DNA from: an uncultured delta proteobacterium
Lineage (GTDB): Bacteria > Myxococcota_A > UBA9160 > SMWR01
NCBI GenBank assembly: GCA_963832165.1
Contig: CAWHTE010000005.1
Location: forward strand, 288,001-352,000
Length of the DNA stretch: 64,000 bases
Direction: 5' to 3'
Shown: positions 63,624-64,000 of the stretch, piece after piece
Layout: each line of letters starts with the position of its first letter
Numbering within the stretch: position 1 is the first letter of the stretch
The notes under the pieces: generated by a model
What the model was told of the DNA's origin: nothing
Database searches by the model: none
What the model saw: only the letters and a program-made list of their open reading frames with translations
Program-made: the position numbers and the translations under genes

Positions 63624-64000
63624 CTCCGCTGCGCATCGCGTTCGTCGCCTATCGCGGCAACATGCGCTGCGGCGGTCAGGGCGTGTATCTGTGGTTCCTC
63701 GCGCGCGAGCTCGCGCGGCTGGGCCACCGCGTCGACGTCTGGGTCGGTCCGCCCTACCCCGACCCGATGCCGTTCGCGCGCAACGTGAATCCGCTGCGCA
63801 ACCACCAGTACTGGGGGAAGTGGTTCTCGAAGGATCGCCGCGCCCTGATCCCCGAGCCGCGCACGCGCCTGCTCAACCCGCTCGAGTTCTACGAGCTCGG
63901 CGCGAGCTACCTCGGCTTCCTGCCGGAGCCGCTCGCGTTCAGCGTGCGCGCGCTGCGCGCGATCGCGGCGAGCCTGCGCGCGGGCGAGCGCTACGACATC
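63620..64000 (+). CDS. Second GT4 glycosyltransferase, partial (runs off the window)
   Basis: GTG overlapping the MTase stop; hand translation VTPLRIAFVAYRGNMRCGGQGVYLWFLARELARLGHRVDVWVGPPYP, paralogous to 61634..62887. Confidence 0.85.
   Translation, partial: MTPLRIAFVAYRGNMRCGGQGVYLWFLARELARLGHRVDVWVGPPYPDPMPFARNVNPLRNHQYWGKWFSKDRRALIPEPRTRLLNPLEFYELGASYLGFLPEPLAFSVRALRAIAASLRAGERYDI

Overview
High-GC bacterial window whose gene content and order (sgmX-like TPR gene, aroQ, mglC, aroB, pilQPONM, pilRS, pilCTB, ribF) point to a Myxococcota or related deltaproteobacterium; this taxonomy is inferred. The left 20 kb is a self-contained envelope module. A minus-strand operon encodes a conserved exported protein, three TPR proteins, a small exported protein, an ExbB/ExbD/ExbD motor and a TonB-like AgmX/PglI-C protein, resembling the Agl-Glt core. 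It is followed by a giant (>3,290 aa, running off the left edge) DUF11-repeat/OmpA-domain surface protein. That gene's leader holds a clear c-di-GMP-I (GEMM) riboswitch, and both transcription units share a 22-bp CRP-like upstream box. The middle is a type IV pilus/polarity locus with no pilA, pilD or pilGHI, an inverted catalytically degenerate sigma54 activator where they would sit, and many indels in pilB/pilT/pilC (probably assembly error). The right half has a RAYT transposase, a GTAG-REP doublet containing a nested 42-bp repeat that recurs at 61.1 kb, an nfeD-slipin-hflK-hflC operon, coaBC/coaD/rsmD, a sigma54-driven membrane protein plus lytic transglycosylase, a peptidoglycan-recycling cluster (dacB, spmAB fusion, amgK, murU, anmK) and a GT4/methyltransferase cluster. 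All calls come from reading the sequence; no database searches were run.
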